A stretch of DNA of 50,198 nucleotides, taken from the NCBI GenBank assembly GCA_964545425.1, contig CAZJGQ010000002.1:1-50198 (forward strand). The letters run 5' to 3'. Below, piece by piece: positions 8,895-16,925 of the stretch. The DNA comes from an uncultured Chthoniobacter sp. Lineage in GTDB: Bacteria > Verrucomicrobiota > Verrucomicrobiia > Chthoniobacterales > JACTMZ01. The notes under the pieces are model-generated. The model saw only the letters and a list, made by a program, of their open reading frames with translations, had not been told where the DNA came from and searched no databases. Every line of letters begins with the position of its first letter. Within the stretch, counting starts at the first letter, position 1. The position numbers and the translations under genes were made by a program.

Positions 8895-9334
8895 AGGGCA
8901 ACCGGGTCTTGGACACGTGGGCACTGCTCGCCTTCTTTCAGGGGCACGGCAGTGCCGCCGCACAGGTCGAGAAAATCCTCAACTCCGCACTCGGCTCGAA
9001 CCGTCGCGTCTTTTTGCACGGTGTAAGCTGGACAGAGCTCTACGCCACGATCGAGGGCAAGCTGGGCGACCCTGCGGCCGCGGAGGCGGTGGCTGTCCTC
9101 GATCGTCTTCCCATCGTCCTTGTCGGCACGGAGGACCGCGAGGTCTGCCGCCAAGCCGCCTGGCACAAAACGGCGTTCGATCTCACCCTCGGCGCCAGCT
9201 TTGCCGCCGGCTTGGCCGCAGTGAAAAAAGCGCCCCTAGTGACCGGAGACCCCCAGTTTCTTCGCCTGGCCGGTGATATGACACTCCACTGGCTTGGCGA
9301 TCCGGCGCTCGTGGCTGAAAATTCCCCGCAATGA
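8891..9334 (+). CDS. PIN-domain toxin (VapC-like)
   Basis: ATG at 8891. RVLDTWALLAFF..SWTELY..GASFAAGLAAVKKAPLVTGDPQF. The stop overlaps the ATG of the DUF262 gene (ATGA at 9331-9334). Confidence 0.75.
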   Translation: MKGNRVLDTWALLAFFQGHGSAAAQVEKILNSALGSNRRVFLHGVSWTELYATIEGKLGDPAAAEAVAVLDRLPIVLVGTEDREVCRQAAWHKTAFDLTLGASFAAGLAAVKKAPLVTGDPQFLRLAGDMTLHWLGDPALVAENSPQ

Positions 9335-10953
9335 CCGCCGCCCTCAAACAACCCGAGAACCACTCGAAGAAATACTCGGTGCTCTTTGCCGATATCGACG
9401 CGGGGCGCACAAAGTTGCCCCGATTTCAACGTGACTTCGTCTGGGACAAGGCGCAGACCGCCAAGCTCATCGACAGCATCTTGAAGGGTTTTCCGGTCGG
9501 CACTTTCATCATCTGGAAGACGCGCGACCGCTTCCGCCATTTCCGCGAGCTGGGCAACTTGCCTCTTCCCGAGCCGCCGGCGGGGGACTCTGTGCAATAT
9601 GTCCTCGACGGCCAGCAGCGCATCACTTCCCTCTACGCCGTGCGCAAAGGCCTGCGCATCACCCGCGACGGCCGCGTCATCGACTACAAGGACATCTGCA
9701 TCGACCTCGACGCCCCCGGCGGTCCGGAAGAGGAAATCGTCCACGCCGACGCCCCGGCCGGCCGCCGCACAATCTCGGTGCACGACCTGCTCTCGATGGA
9801 TGTCACCGACTTCGACGCCTACAGCAAAGCCGAGCGCCGCAAAATCCACGAATACCGCGCCGCGCTCACCGGCCACGACTTCTCCGTCATCGAGATCCCC
9901 GAATACGACATCGACACCGCCTGCGAGATTTTCACCCGCATCAATACCGGCGGCAAAGAGCTGTCGCTCTTCGAAATCATGGTCGCCAAGACCTTCGACC
10001 CGGAATCCGGTTTCGATCTCGAGCGCAAATACCTCGATCTGGTCGACGGCGATGACGGCGGCAAGAGTCTCATCGACGCCAGCTTCGAGACCATTCCCGC
10101 CATCACTATCCTGCAGTGTATCGCTGCCCACCTCAAAGGCGGCATCCGCCACGGCGACATCCTGCGCCTCGACCGCCAGGCCGTCATCGAGTGCTGGCCT
10201 CATGTGAAAGAGACCATCTTTGCCGCCATCGACCACATGCAGTCCCATCTGGGCGTCGCCGTCTCCCGCATCCTCCCGTATCCGGTGCTGCTCGTCGCCT
10301 TCAGCAACTTCTTCGACCGCAACAAGCTCAAGCCGGCCGGCCACGACCAGACCCGCTACCTCGCCGAATATTTTTATCGCGCGGGACTCAGCAACCGCTA
10401 CACGTCTGGCGTCGCTGTCAAAATGGTCGCCGATTTGCAGAAGATGAAGTCCATCGCCCAGGGGAAACGTCCATCCTACAAAGGGGAGGATCTCGAGATT
10501 ACCCCCGACACCTTCCGGACAAAGACCTTCGCCATCAACGACGCCTTCTCCAAGACCGTCCTGTGTCTGCTTGCTGCGAAAGGTCCGCGCAATCTGCAGA
10601 CCAACGGCCTCATCAAGCTCAACAACTCCTGGCTGCGCAAATCCTCCAGCCGCAACATCCATCACATATTCCCGAAGGCATGGATCAAGAAGCACGGCAA
10701 ACCTGACTGGGATGCCAATGTTATCGCGAACATCATGATCGCTGACGAATATTTGAACCAAAGAGTGATCAAGGCGTCTGCACCAAAGGATTGGGTAGGC
10801 CAATTCTCGCATAAGAGCGCGACTCTCGAGGAAAGTTTCCTCACACACCTGATTGGAAGCGAGGAACTGGAGGCGTTGCGGAGCAACTCCTACCCCAGGT
10901 TCGTAGCAGCACGTTCTAAAGCTTTTTTCGAAGCGATAGCGATCGCTCTCTAA
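9331..10953 (+). CDS. DUF262 (ParB-like nuclease) plus DUF1524 (HNH-like) protein, GmrSD/SspE/BrxU-like architecture
   Basis: N-terminus LPRFQRDFVWDKAQTAKLIDSILKGFPVGTFIIW..YVLDGQQRITSL. C-terminus NIHHIFPKAWIKK. Confidence 0.85.
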   Translation: MTAALKQPENHSKKYSVLFADIDAGRTKLPRFQRDFVWDKAQTAKLIDSILKGFPVGTFIIWKTRDRFRHFRELGNLPLPEPPAGDSVQYVLDGQQRITSLYAVRKGLRITRDGRVIDYKDICIDLDAPGGPEEEIVHADAPAGRRTISVHDLLSMDVTDFDAYSKAERRKIHEYRAALTGHDFSVIEIPEYDIDTACEIFTRINTGGKELSLFEIMVAKTFDPESGFDLERKYLDLVDGDDGGKSLIDASFETIPAITILQCIAAHLKGGIRHGDILRLDRQAVIECWPHVKETIFAAIDHMQSHLGVAVSRILPYPVLLVAFSNFFDRNKLKPAGHDQTRYLAEYFYRAGLSNRYTSGVAVKMVADLQKMKSIAQGKRPSYKGEDLEITPDTFRTKTFAINDAFSKTVLCLLAAKGPRNLQTNGLIKLNNSWLRKSSSRNIHHIFPKAWIKKHGKPDWDANVIANIMIADEYLNQRVIKASAPKDWVGQFSHKSATLEESFLTHLIGSEELEALRSNSYPRFVAARSKAFFEAIAIAL

Positions 10954-10958
10954 AAAGT

Positions 10959-13406
10959 ATGCACATGAGCAAACGTTTATCGGGCGGAAATTACAGGGGC
11001 AGACGTCACTCAAGTGCACCAAGTAGTCCGGCTGAAGATCGTATTTTTATACCAATGGCAGAACGTGGTAGGTCGGTAGCTTCTGTTGCGCTATCGGTTC
11101 GCTTGAGCAACGTCTTGGAAAAAGGAAATATCCGAATTTTAGGGGACTTAAATGGACTCAACTTTAAGGACATAATCAGATATACTAACTGCGGGCAAAA
11201 AACGGCAAGTGAACTACGAGAAGTAGTCCGGAAAGTGCAACAAGGAACTACCGAGACTATGCCAAGCCTTGCTGCTGTTGAGCCTGCAAATGAGTTAGCT
11301 TTTCGCGTTCCGTTATCGGCACGAAAGTTTCTTTTGTCTGATCTACCAATTTCCTCCCGTCTCGAAACAGTTTTGCGGCGCTGCGGGTTCAGCAAACTAG
11401 GCGACATCGACGGTGTTGAATTCAACTACTTGCTTCGTCGCCAGGGTTGCGGAAAGAAATGCATCCAGGAACTACAGGAACTACTCAAGCGATCTGGTTC
11501 AGGTGAATTCACACCGGTAGATACCGCCGATTTTTCCGCTGTTCTCCAACAGGTTGCCGCTTCTATTGATTCCGGTTTAGCCAAACTTGCGCACAGAGAC
11601 AGGGAGATATTTGAATCACGTATAAGTGGGAACAATGGCGGCCCACGAACGCTAGAGGAAATTGCACAGGAATTTGCCATGACGCGAGAACGCGTCCGTC
11701 AGATAACGAAAAAGAGCTTTCAGACAATCCGGCGGAGCGGTGGCCTGAAGCTGAAAAGTGCCTTGCAGTCCTTAGTTAGAGAATGCGAGCAGTGCGTCTG
11801 CCCTTTGACACCAGATTTGTTCACGAAATGGACGGGGCCAACGGTTGCCAGCAAGCATGACTCTCATTTTTATGTCCGGGTGCTCGACACGATGGACGCA
11901 TCCGTGCCCGCGTGGCCTGGCGGCTCAACACGCGAAGGGGGAGATGAAAGTCGGTCGCTAGAAATTCAAACTGCCGTCGAATTGTGGATGCGGAAAACAG
12001 GAATGAACCCAACTGCATCCGAAGCCTACTCTTACCTGAGGAAGCATTCGGCTTTTAGAAAGCTGTCTGTTGCAGCATTTCTGGCTGCAATTCGCGTTCC
12101 CAAACGATTCATCATTGATTTCCCCGAGCCTGACCGTCCGCAGTTCCGGTTGCGTCGTTTACGTATTTCAGATTTCGCGCGACCGATCTTAGAGGCAAGT
12201 GATGTGCCGCTGACGCCTGAGGAAATTATTGAGCGCGCCAAAGCTCGATATGGGCACAGTTTGATTATACATGCAGGTCGCAGTGCAGGTAATGCCTTGC
12301 TGGGCGAAGAGGGGATATACCTGCTGGGACCCCGAGCACTGGGCATGCGAAAGCACTTTAAGACCCCAGCCAAAGTGTGGCCCTCACTTCGAAAAATCTT
12401 CGCAAACACACTAAAGATACAAAACCGTCCGGTTTCGACGACCGAAGCTGTTTGCCTCCCTGAAATAGCGCGCTTCCACATTACAAATGCTCACGAGATG
12501 GCTGCCATTCTCAGGGAGGACAAACGATTTGTGGACCTTGGTCGGCACCTCTTCGGACTCGCCAAATGGGGCTTACAAGAACGCGAGCATATTAAAGACC
12601 TTTTACCGGGTGTTTTCGAACAGGCGAAGCGAGTGCTCAAGATCGATCAGGCTTTGGAAAAGCTGACGCGCCTGCGTTCAGTTTCACCGAGCAGCATTGC
12701 GAACTACCTCAAGAATCACCCTGAGATCCGTTCCTTTGGCTTCGGATACTATGGCCTCACGAAATGGGGGAACGAAGAGCGATCCGTCATTTTAGCAGAC
12801 CGGAAGACAGTAGAACGAGCAATCCGCCGGGGGCCGCAGCCCATCAGTTTCCAAGCATTGTGCCAAACTTTTTCAATCAATGTGTCCGGCAGGCAGGCGG
12901 ATCTCTTATGGAAAAGCTGTCAGGGGTCCCCTAAGTTGCGTCGAGCCCCCGACAAGCAGGCTCCCGACACGCTTCTGCTGCACAAATCTGTTTCGCTTGA
13001 GCAATCGCTGGCCAACATCTCGCGCGATTTAAAACGGCCAATGGCAGCGTATGAGTTGGAGTGGGAACTGAGGTCGAGATACGGCGATCTTTTCGCCTCG
13101 ATAGGACTTAAAGAAATCGAGCAGAAACTTGCAAAAAGCGATTGGTTCCTGCGTGACTCCGCCGGCCAATTCTTTTTGGACGAAGACTTCAACAACGAAG
13201 ACTTTAATCCTGAAGCTATCCGAGCTGCCGTCACAAATTCGCTTATTGAATCAATGGATGTCGCGGGATGTGATGAGCTGATTGAGAGACTCGAGTTATC
13301 TGGCTTTGAGGTGGACGATTTGTCCCAAGACATGCTAGCATCAATTCTTCGCGGAGCAGCCGGTCTTCAAGAAGTTGCGAATCAGAGATTCCGTGCACGC
13401 CAATGA
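10959..13406 (+). CDS. RNAP-module mimic: two alpha-CTD-like HhH modules, sigma-70 region-4 HTH and repeated winged-helix (HARE-HTH-like) modules
   Basis: LSVRLSNVLEKGNIRILGDL..NCGQKTASELREVV and ISSRLETVLRRCGFSKLGDI..GCGKKCIQELQELL are alpha-CTD-like. TLEEIAQEFAMTRERVRQITKKSFQTIRR is sigma region 4.2-like. Four or more ..GLAKWG/GLTKWG-type wH repeats follow. The start could be a downstream Met. Confidence 0.8.
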   Translation: MHMSKRLSGGNYRGRRHSSAPSSPAEDRIFIPMAERGRSVASVALSVRLSNVLEKGNIRILGDLNGLNFKDIIRYTNCGQKTASELREVVRKVQQGTTETMPSLAAVEPANELAFRVPLSARKFLLSDLPISSRLETVLRRCGFSKLGDIDGVEFNYLLRRQGCGKKCIQELQELLKRSGSGEFTPVDTADFSAVLQQVAASIDSGLAKLAHRDREIFESRISGNNGGPRTLEEIAQEFAMTRERVRQITKKSFQTIRRSGGLKLKSALQSLVRECEQCVCPLTPDLFTKWTGPTVASKHDSHFYVRVLDTMDASVPAWPGGSTREGGDESRSLEIQTAVELWMRKTGMNPTASEAYSYLRKHSAFRKLSVAAFLAAIRVPKRFIIDFPEPDRPQFRLRRLRISDFARPILEASDVPLTPEEIIERAKARYGHSLIIHAGRSAGNALLGEEGIYLLGPRALGMRKHFKTPAKVWPSLRKIFANTLKIQNRPVSTTEAVCLPEIARFHITNAHEMAAILREDKRFVDLGRHLFGLAKWGLQEREHIKDLLPGVFEQAKRVLKIDQALEKLTRLRSVSPSSIANYLKNHPEIRSFGFGYYGLTKWGNEERSVILADRKTVERAIRRGPQPISFQALCQTFSINVSGRQADLLWKSCQGSPKLRRAPDKQAPDTLLLHKSVSLEQSLANISRDLKRPMAAYELEWELRSRYGDLFASIGLKEIEQKLAKSDWFLRDSAGQFFLDEDFNNEDFNPEAIRAAVTNSLIESMDVAGCDELIERLELSGFEVDDLSQDMLASILRGAAGLQEVANQRFRARQ

Positions 13407-13984
13407 AAGCTGTAACCAAACCCGAGAAAATCCTGGTGGTTATGTTTGACCTGTCAAAAGGAGAACCGAAGCCACTGCTTTACGAAGATATAGTTGTTGC
13501 GGCTTTCAGGCGGTATCCCGAAGATTTTCAGCTTCGTGGATATCCGGAATACCCGGATTCGTCTGATATCCACAAGCCCCTGTACAAAATGAAGCGCAAC
13601 GGATTGGTTCGTTCCGCGAACAAATCCTTCATGCTGACTCCAATGGGAATCGGTGTTGCTCAGGGCTTGGTAGGCGCATCGGAACCGACCGGCAACCGCT
13701 TGACCAAACCCGAAGAGAATGAGATTAACCGCATTTCTCAATCTCAGGCATTCCGGCTCTTTCAGGAGGGCCACAAGTCCAAAATCCTCGATACCGATTT
13801 CTACGACTACCTGGGAGTGAGCGTGCGGACGCCAAAAGGAGATTTCCTGGGTCGTGTTGCCACTGTTAGCCAGGCGGTGGAGGCCCATGGTGCTAAGCGC
13901 AACGACAAACTTTCAGAGGCCCTCGCCAGATTGCACGAGTGGATCCTCGGCCACTTTCAGGAAGAAATTCAAGCTAGGAGATAA
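13403..13984 (+). CDS. hypothetical protein (possible winged helix)
   Basis: 193 aa. ATGA overlap with the upstream stop; ends 2 nt before the next ATG. Confidence 0.55.
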   Translation: MKAVTKPEKILVVMFDLSKGEPKPLLYEDIVVAAFRRYPEDFQLRGYPEYPDSSDIHKPLYKMKRNGLVRSANKSFMLTPMGIGVAQGLVGASEPTGNRLTKPEENEINRISQSQAFRLFQEGHKSKILDTDFYDYLGVSVRTPKGDFLGRVATVSQAVEAHGAKRNDKLSEALARLHEWILGHFQEEIQARR

Positions 13985-13986
13985 CC

Positions 13987-15768
13987 ATGCCAATTAAAGT
14001 TCAACCTTTCGTCATAGACGTAGCCGTTCTCGACCTTATCGGTAAGGAGTTTCGTTTCGACCACGCCAAAGGCCTCGCGGAGTGGCTCAAAAACTCGAGT
14101 GACGCATATTTGCGTCAAAGCGTGCCGGATGCTGATCAGCACATCATTGTGCGGTTCTGTGAGGCTGGTAGGGCACTCACGCGGATTGAATGCATCGATT
14201 TCGTCGGCATGAAGAAAAGCCACATTGACGATGCACTCAAGCGATTCTTCGATCCCGAAGCTGCCAAGAAGGGTTCCAAACAAGCCAATCTGAAAACACT
14301 AGGTGGCCATGGAAACGGAGGGAAGTTTTACATGCGCCAAATGTTTAAGTCCTCTAAGGCCATGACATATCGAGATGGCCGCATGAACATTTTTGGCTTC
14401 AACGAAAAGAAGCAATACGGCTTCGAAGAGGGCTTTGAAGATAAAAAAATGCCCCTAGCTGACGCGCTGAAACTGGCTGGCCTTGACAAGCTCAAACTTC
14501 CGAAAGGCGTGCTCGACCAATTGAAGGCAGGGGAAACCGGCTTCACTGTGATTGTCGGCGACAAGCCGGTGAAAACTAAAGGCACCAGCAGCCTAAAGGA
14601 GCTTTGCGACAAACTTATTTCGCATCCACAAGCTAGGAGACTTATTGGCCGAAAGCCTGTGCACGTCCTTTGTAATGAGGAATCCGAACTGACGAGGTTA
14701 ACAGTTCCCAAACTTGAGCCGAAAGAGGGATTCGAGCAGCCAATCGTTATTGAGATCCCCAGCGAATTGAATCACCAAGGCGAGACAGTTCACTTCGTGA
14801 ACAAGGATTACTCGTATCCCGGCCGTCTTGTCCTTAAAACGTCCAAGGAACCGCTGCGTGCGGCCTTGGGATCACTCAATACGATCGACTTCTTAGGCGA
14901 GGTAGGTGTCATCGGCACTTATAAAATCCATGAATTGGGCGCTACACGTTTTTCCGGACAGGTTGAATTCATCTACGGCGAGTGTGAGTGCCCTATCTTG
15001 GAAGATCCTGAACACGACTCAGTCGCTAACGACCGGCAAAAACTCCATCCCACTGATCGTGCACAAGCTTTGCTCGAATGGGTTCGAGAACAGGTGGAAG
15101 AACTTGCGGAGAAAATGGAGACAAAGAACAAGCAGGACAGCAAGTCGCAAGATCTGAAGAATACCTCGGCATTAAATGAGCTGCTAAACCGTTGGAAAGA
15201 CAGGTTCATGAATCAGGTCTGGGCTGATATGTTTTCCGGCCAGGGGCCCTCTGGCACCTCGGGCAGCGGAGGCAGTGGAGGAGGAGGCGGTGGTGGCGGC
15301 GGTGGCGGTGGAGGTGGAGGCGGTGGAGGCGGCGGCGAGGAAGGCGGCAGCGATAAAATCAAAAAACCGAGATTTCCTCAGGTGCTCATTTCGGGCCAGG
15401 ACAATGATCCGCTGGACCCGATGGCCACGATTCCGTTTAATTGCGATCCACGCCATCCGGCGGTGTATCAGCGCACGAAAGACGTCGCCGCCGGCATCTA
15501 TTGGATCAATACTTCCAGACCTCTTGCTGAAAAGGTCATCAAAGAATACACGGCCGATTCAGCACGTTGGCGGGAATATCTTTTTCAGCGCTACGTGGAG
15601 ATCATCTCAAAGGAAGGCATTTACCAGCTGGGTAAATTGAACACGACACTGTCGGCTGATGACGTAATTCGCCGCATTGATGAGGTCACCACCAAAGTTC
15701 ACGATCAGGCAGCTCAAGATCTGAGCTCCTTTTTGTTCCAAGAGTCTCTTCAGGCGGATGCTCGATGA
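13987..15768 (+). CDS. GHKL (Bergerat-fold, MORC/MutL-like) ATPase with an internal poly-Gly linker
   Basis: N-box GLAEWLKNSSDAY, G1-like IDFVGM, G2-like LGGHGNGGKFYM. AGGAG lies 8 nt upstream of the ATG. A C-terminal domain follows the Gly tract. Confidence 0.75.
   Translation: MPIKVQPFVIDVAVLDLIGKEFRFDHAKGLAEWLKNSSDAYLRQSVPDADQHIIVRFCEAGRALTRIECIDFVGMKKSHIDDALKRFFDPEAAKKGSKQANLKTLGGHGNGGKFYMRQMFKSSKAMTYRDGRMNIFGFNEKKQYGFEEGFEDKKMPLADALKLAGLDKLKLPKGVLDQLKAGETGFTVIVGDKPVKTKGTSSLKELCDKLISHPQARRLIGRKPVHVLCNEESELTRLTVPKLEPKEGFEQPIVIEIPSELNHQGETVHFVNKDYSYPGRLVLKTSKEPLRAALGSLNTIDFLGEVGVIGTYKIHELGATRFSGQVEFIYGECECPILEDPEHDSVANDRQKLHPTDRAQALLEWVREQVEELAEKMETKNKQDSKSQDLKNTSALNELLNRWKDRFMNQVWADMFSGQGPSGTSGSGGSGGGGGGGGGGGGGGGGGGGGEEGGSDKIKKPRFPQVLISGQDNDPLDPMATIPFNCDPRHPAVYQRTKDVAAGIYWINTSRPLAEKVIKEYTADSARWREYLFQRYVEIISKEGIYQLGKLNTTLSADDVIRRIDEVTTKVHDQAAQDLSSFLFQESLQADAR
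15263..15350 (+). repeat. Imperfect GGN trinucleotide tract encoding SGSGGSGGGGGGGGGGGGGGGGGGGGEEGGS
   Basis: Read directly from the sequence; mixed GGA/GGC/GGT codons. Confidence 0.9.
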
Positions 15769-16919
15769 CCAAGGAGTTTTCGGTAGTCGATTTATTTGCA
15801 GGCGTTGGCGGATTTTCCCAGGGATTTATCCGTGTAAATCGAAGGAATTTGGACTTTGGTTTCGCGTTGAAGCTACTGGTCGATTCCGACCCGACAGCTG
15901 GATACACATTTAAGAAAAACTTCCCGCGCGTTCCGTATTGGACAAAAGACATTGGCAAGTTGACCGCGGACGAACTTCTCGGCGTCCTGAAAATGCAGGT
16001 TGGTGAGCTGGATTTTTTGATTGGTGGGCCTCCGTGCCAGGGCTTTTCCCCAAACGGCAAAAGATGGTTGGAAGACGAGCGCAACACGCTTTTCTCGCAG
16101 TTTATAAATCTGGGCCTGTTTTTGCAGCCGAAGGTTGTGATTTTGGAAAATGTGCCTGCTGCTCTGGCTGTTTATGAAACAATTGCTAACAGTCAGATCC
16201 AGGAGGTATTCCGAGGCTATAATGTTCGCTCCGAAACGTTAAACGCTACTGCTTTTGGAGTTCCCCAAATTCGTAAACGCACATTTATCGTCGCTATCCG
16301 CGAGGACCTCGGTATTAATGAGTTTGATTACCCTGCCGGAAAGTTTGACCCGCTCGAGGTCGGTTGCGAATCACATAACATCTCAAGAGCGGATCATTAT
16401 TTCGTGTCGGTCCGCGATGCAATCGGTGACCTCCCGTCGCTGTCAGCCGGCCAATCAGTTGATGGCTCTTTATACGCAGTCGCTCCTCAGTCCGAATATC
16501 AAACCGAGAGGCGCGCAAGATCCCTGGCAATCTTTAATCACGTGGCTCGGTCGCATTCCGAGAAATTCCAGAGGAAGCTTTCATCCATCCGCCCAGGCAC
16601 GGGCAATGCCCACTTACCAAAAGGTGAGAGGTTCTCGGATAACTACTTTAGCCAAGCATATGCTCGTTTGCACCCTGAAGGTGTTGGCTTCACCATAACA
16701 GCCAATTTTCGTAATCCTGGATCGGGTCGTTTTACTCACTATCAGGATGATCGCTCTATTACAGTCCGCGAAGCGGCACGACTCCAGTCATTCGACGATG
16801 CGTTTATTTTTTATGGCTACGAAACCGATCAGCAGCGCCATGTAGGAAACGCTGTCCCGCCACTCTTGGCTGAAGCGCTCGCGGAGCACTTCGGCAAAGT
16901 GTTATATTCTCATCTTTGA
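15765..16919 (+). CDS. dcm: DNA (cytosine-5)-methyltransferase
   Basis: Motif I DLFAGVGGFSQGF, motif IV GGPPCQGFS, ENV, QIRKRTFIV, TVREAARLQSFDD, GNAVPPLLAEAL. ATGA overlap with the GHKL gene. Confidence 0.95.
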   Translation: MTKEFSVVDLFAGVGGFSQGFIRVNRRNLDFGFALKLLVDSDPTAGYTFKKNFPRVPYWTKDIGKLTADELLGVLKMQVGELDFLIGGPPCQGFSPNGKRWLEDERNTLFSQFINLGLFLQPKVVILENVPAALAVYETIANSQIQEVFRGYNVRSETLNATAFGVPQIRKRTFIVAIREDLGINEFDYPAGKFDPLEVGCESHNISRADHYFVSVRDAIGDLPSLSAGQSVDGSLYAVAPQSEYQTERRARSLAIFNHVARSHSEKFQRKLSSIRPGTGNAHLPKGERFSDNYFSQAYARLHPEGVGFTITANFRNPGSGRFTHYQDDRSITVREAARLQSFDDAFIFYGYETDQQRHVGNAVPPLLAEALAEHFGKVLYSHL

Positions 16920-16925
16920 TTGCCA

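Noticed and set aside
7440-8963. 507-aa minus-strand ORF antisense to the NERD gene and the AbrB antitoxin
   Set aside because: The translation is Gly/Arg/Asp/Glu/Ala-rich with no motif, typical of a shadow ORF in high-GC DNA. The plus strand carries clear NERD and AbrB motifs.
9040-11022. 660-aa minus-strand ORF antisense to the DUF262/DUF1524 gene
   Set aside because: Shadow ORF. The plus strand has the DGQQRITSL and NIHHIFP signatures and sits in a coupled array.
15263-15350. The GGN tract considered as a CRISPR-like or tandem-repeat locus
   Set aside because: It lies in-frame inside a CDS, has no spacer/repeat periodicity and simply encodes poly-Gly. No CRISPR array exists in the window.
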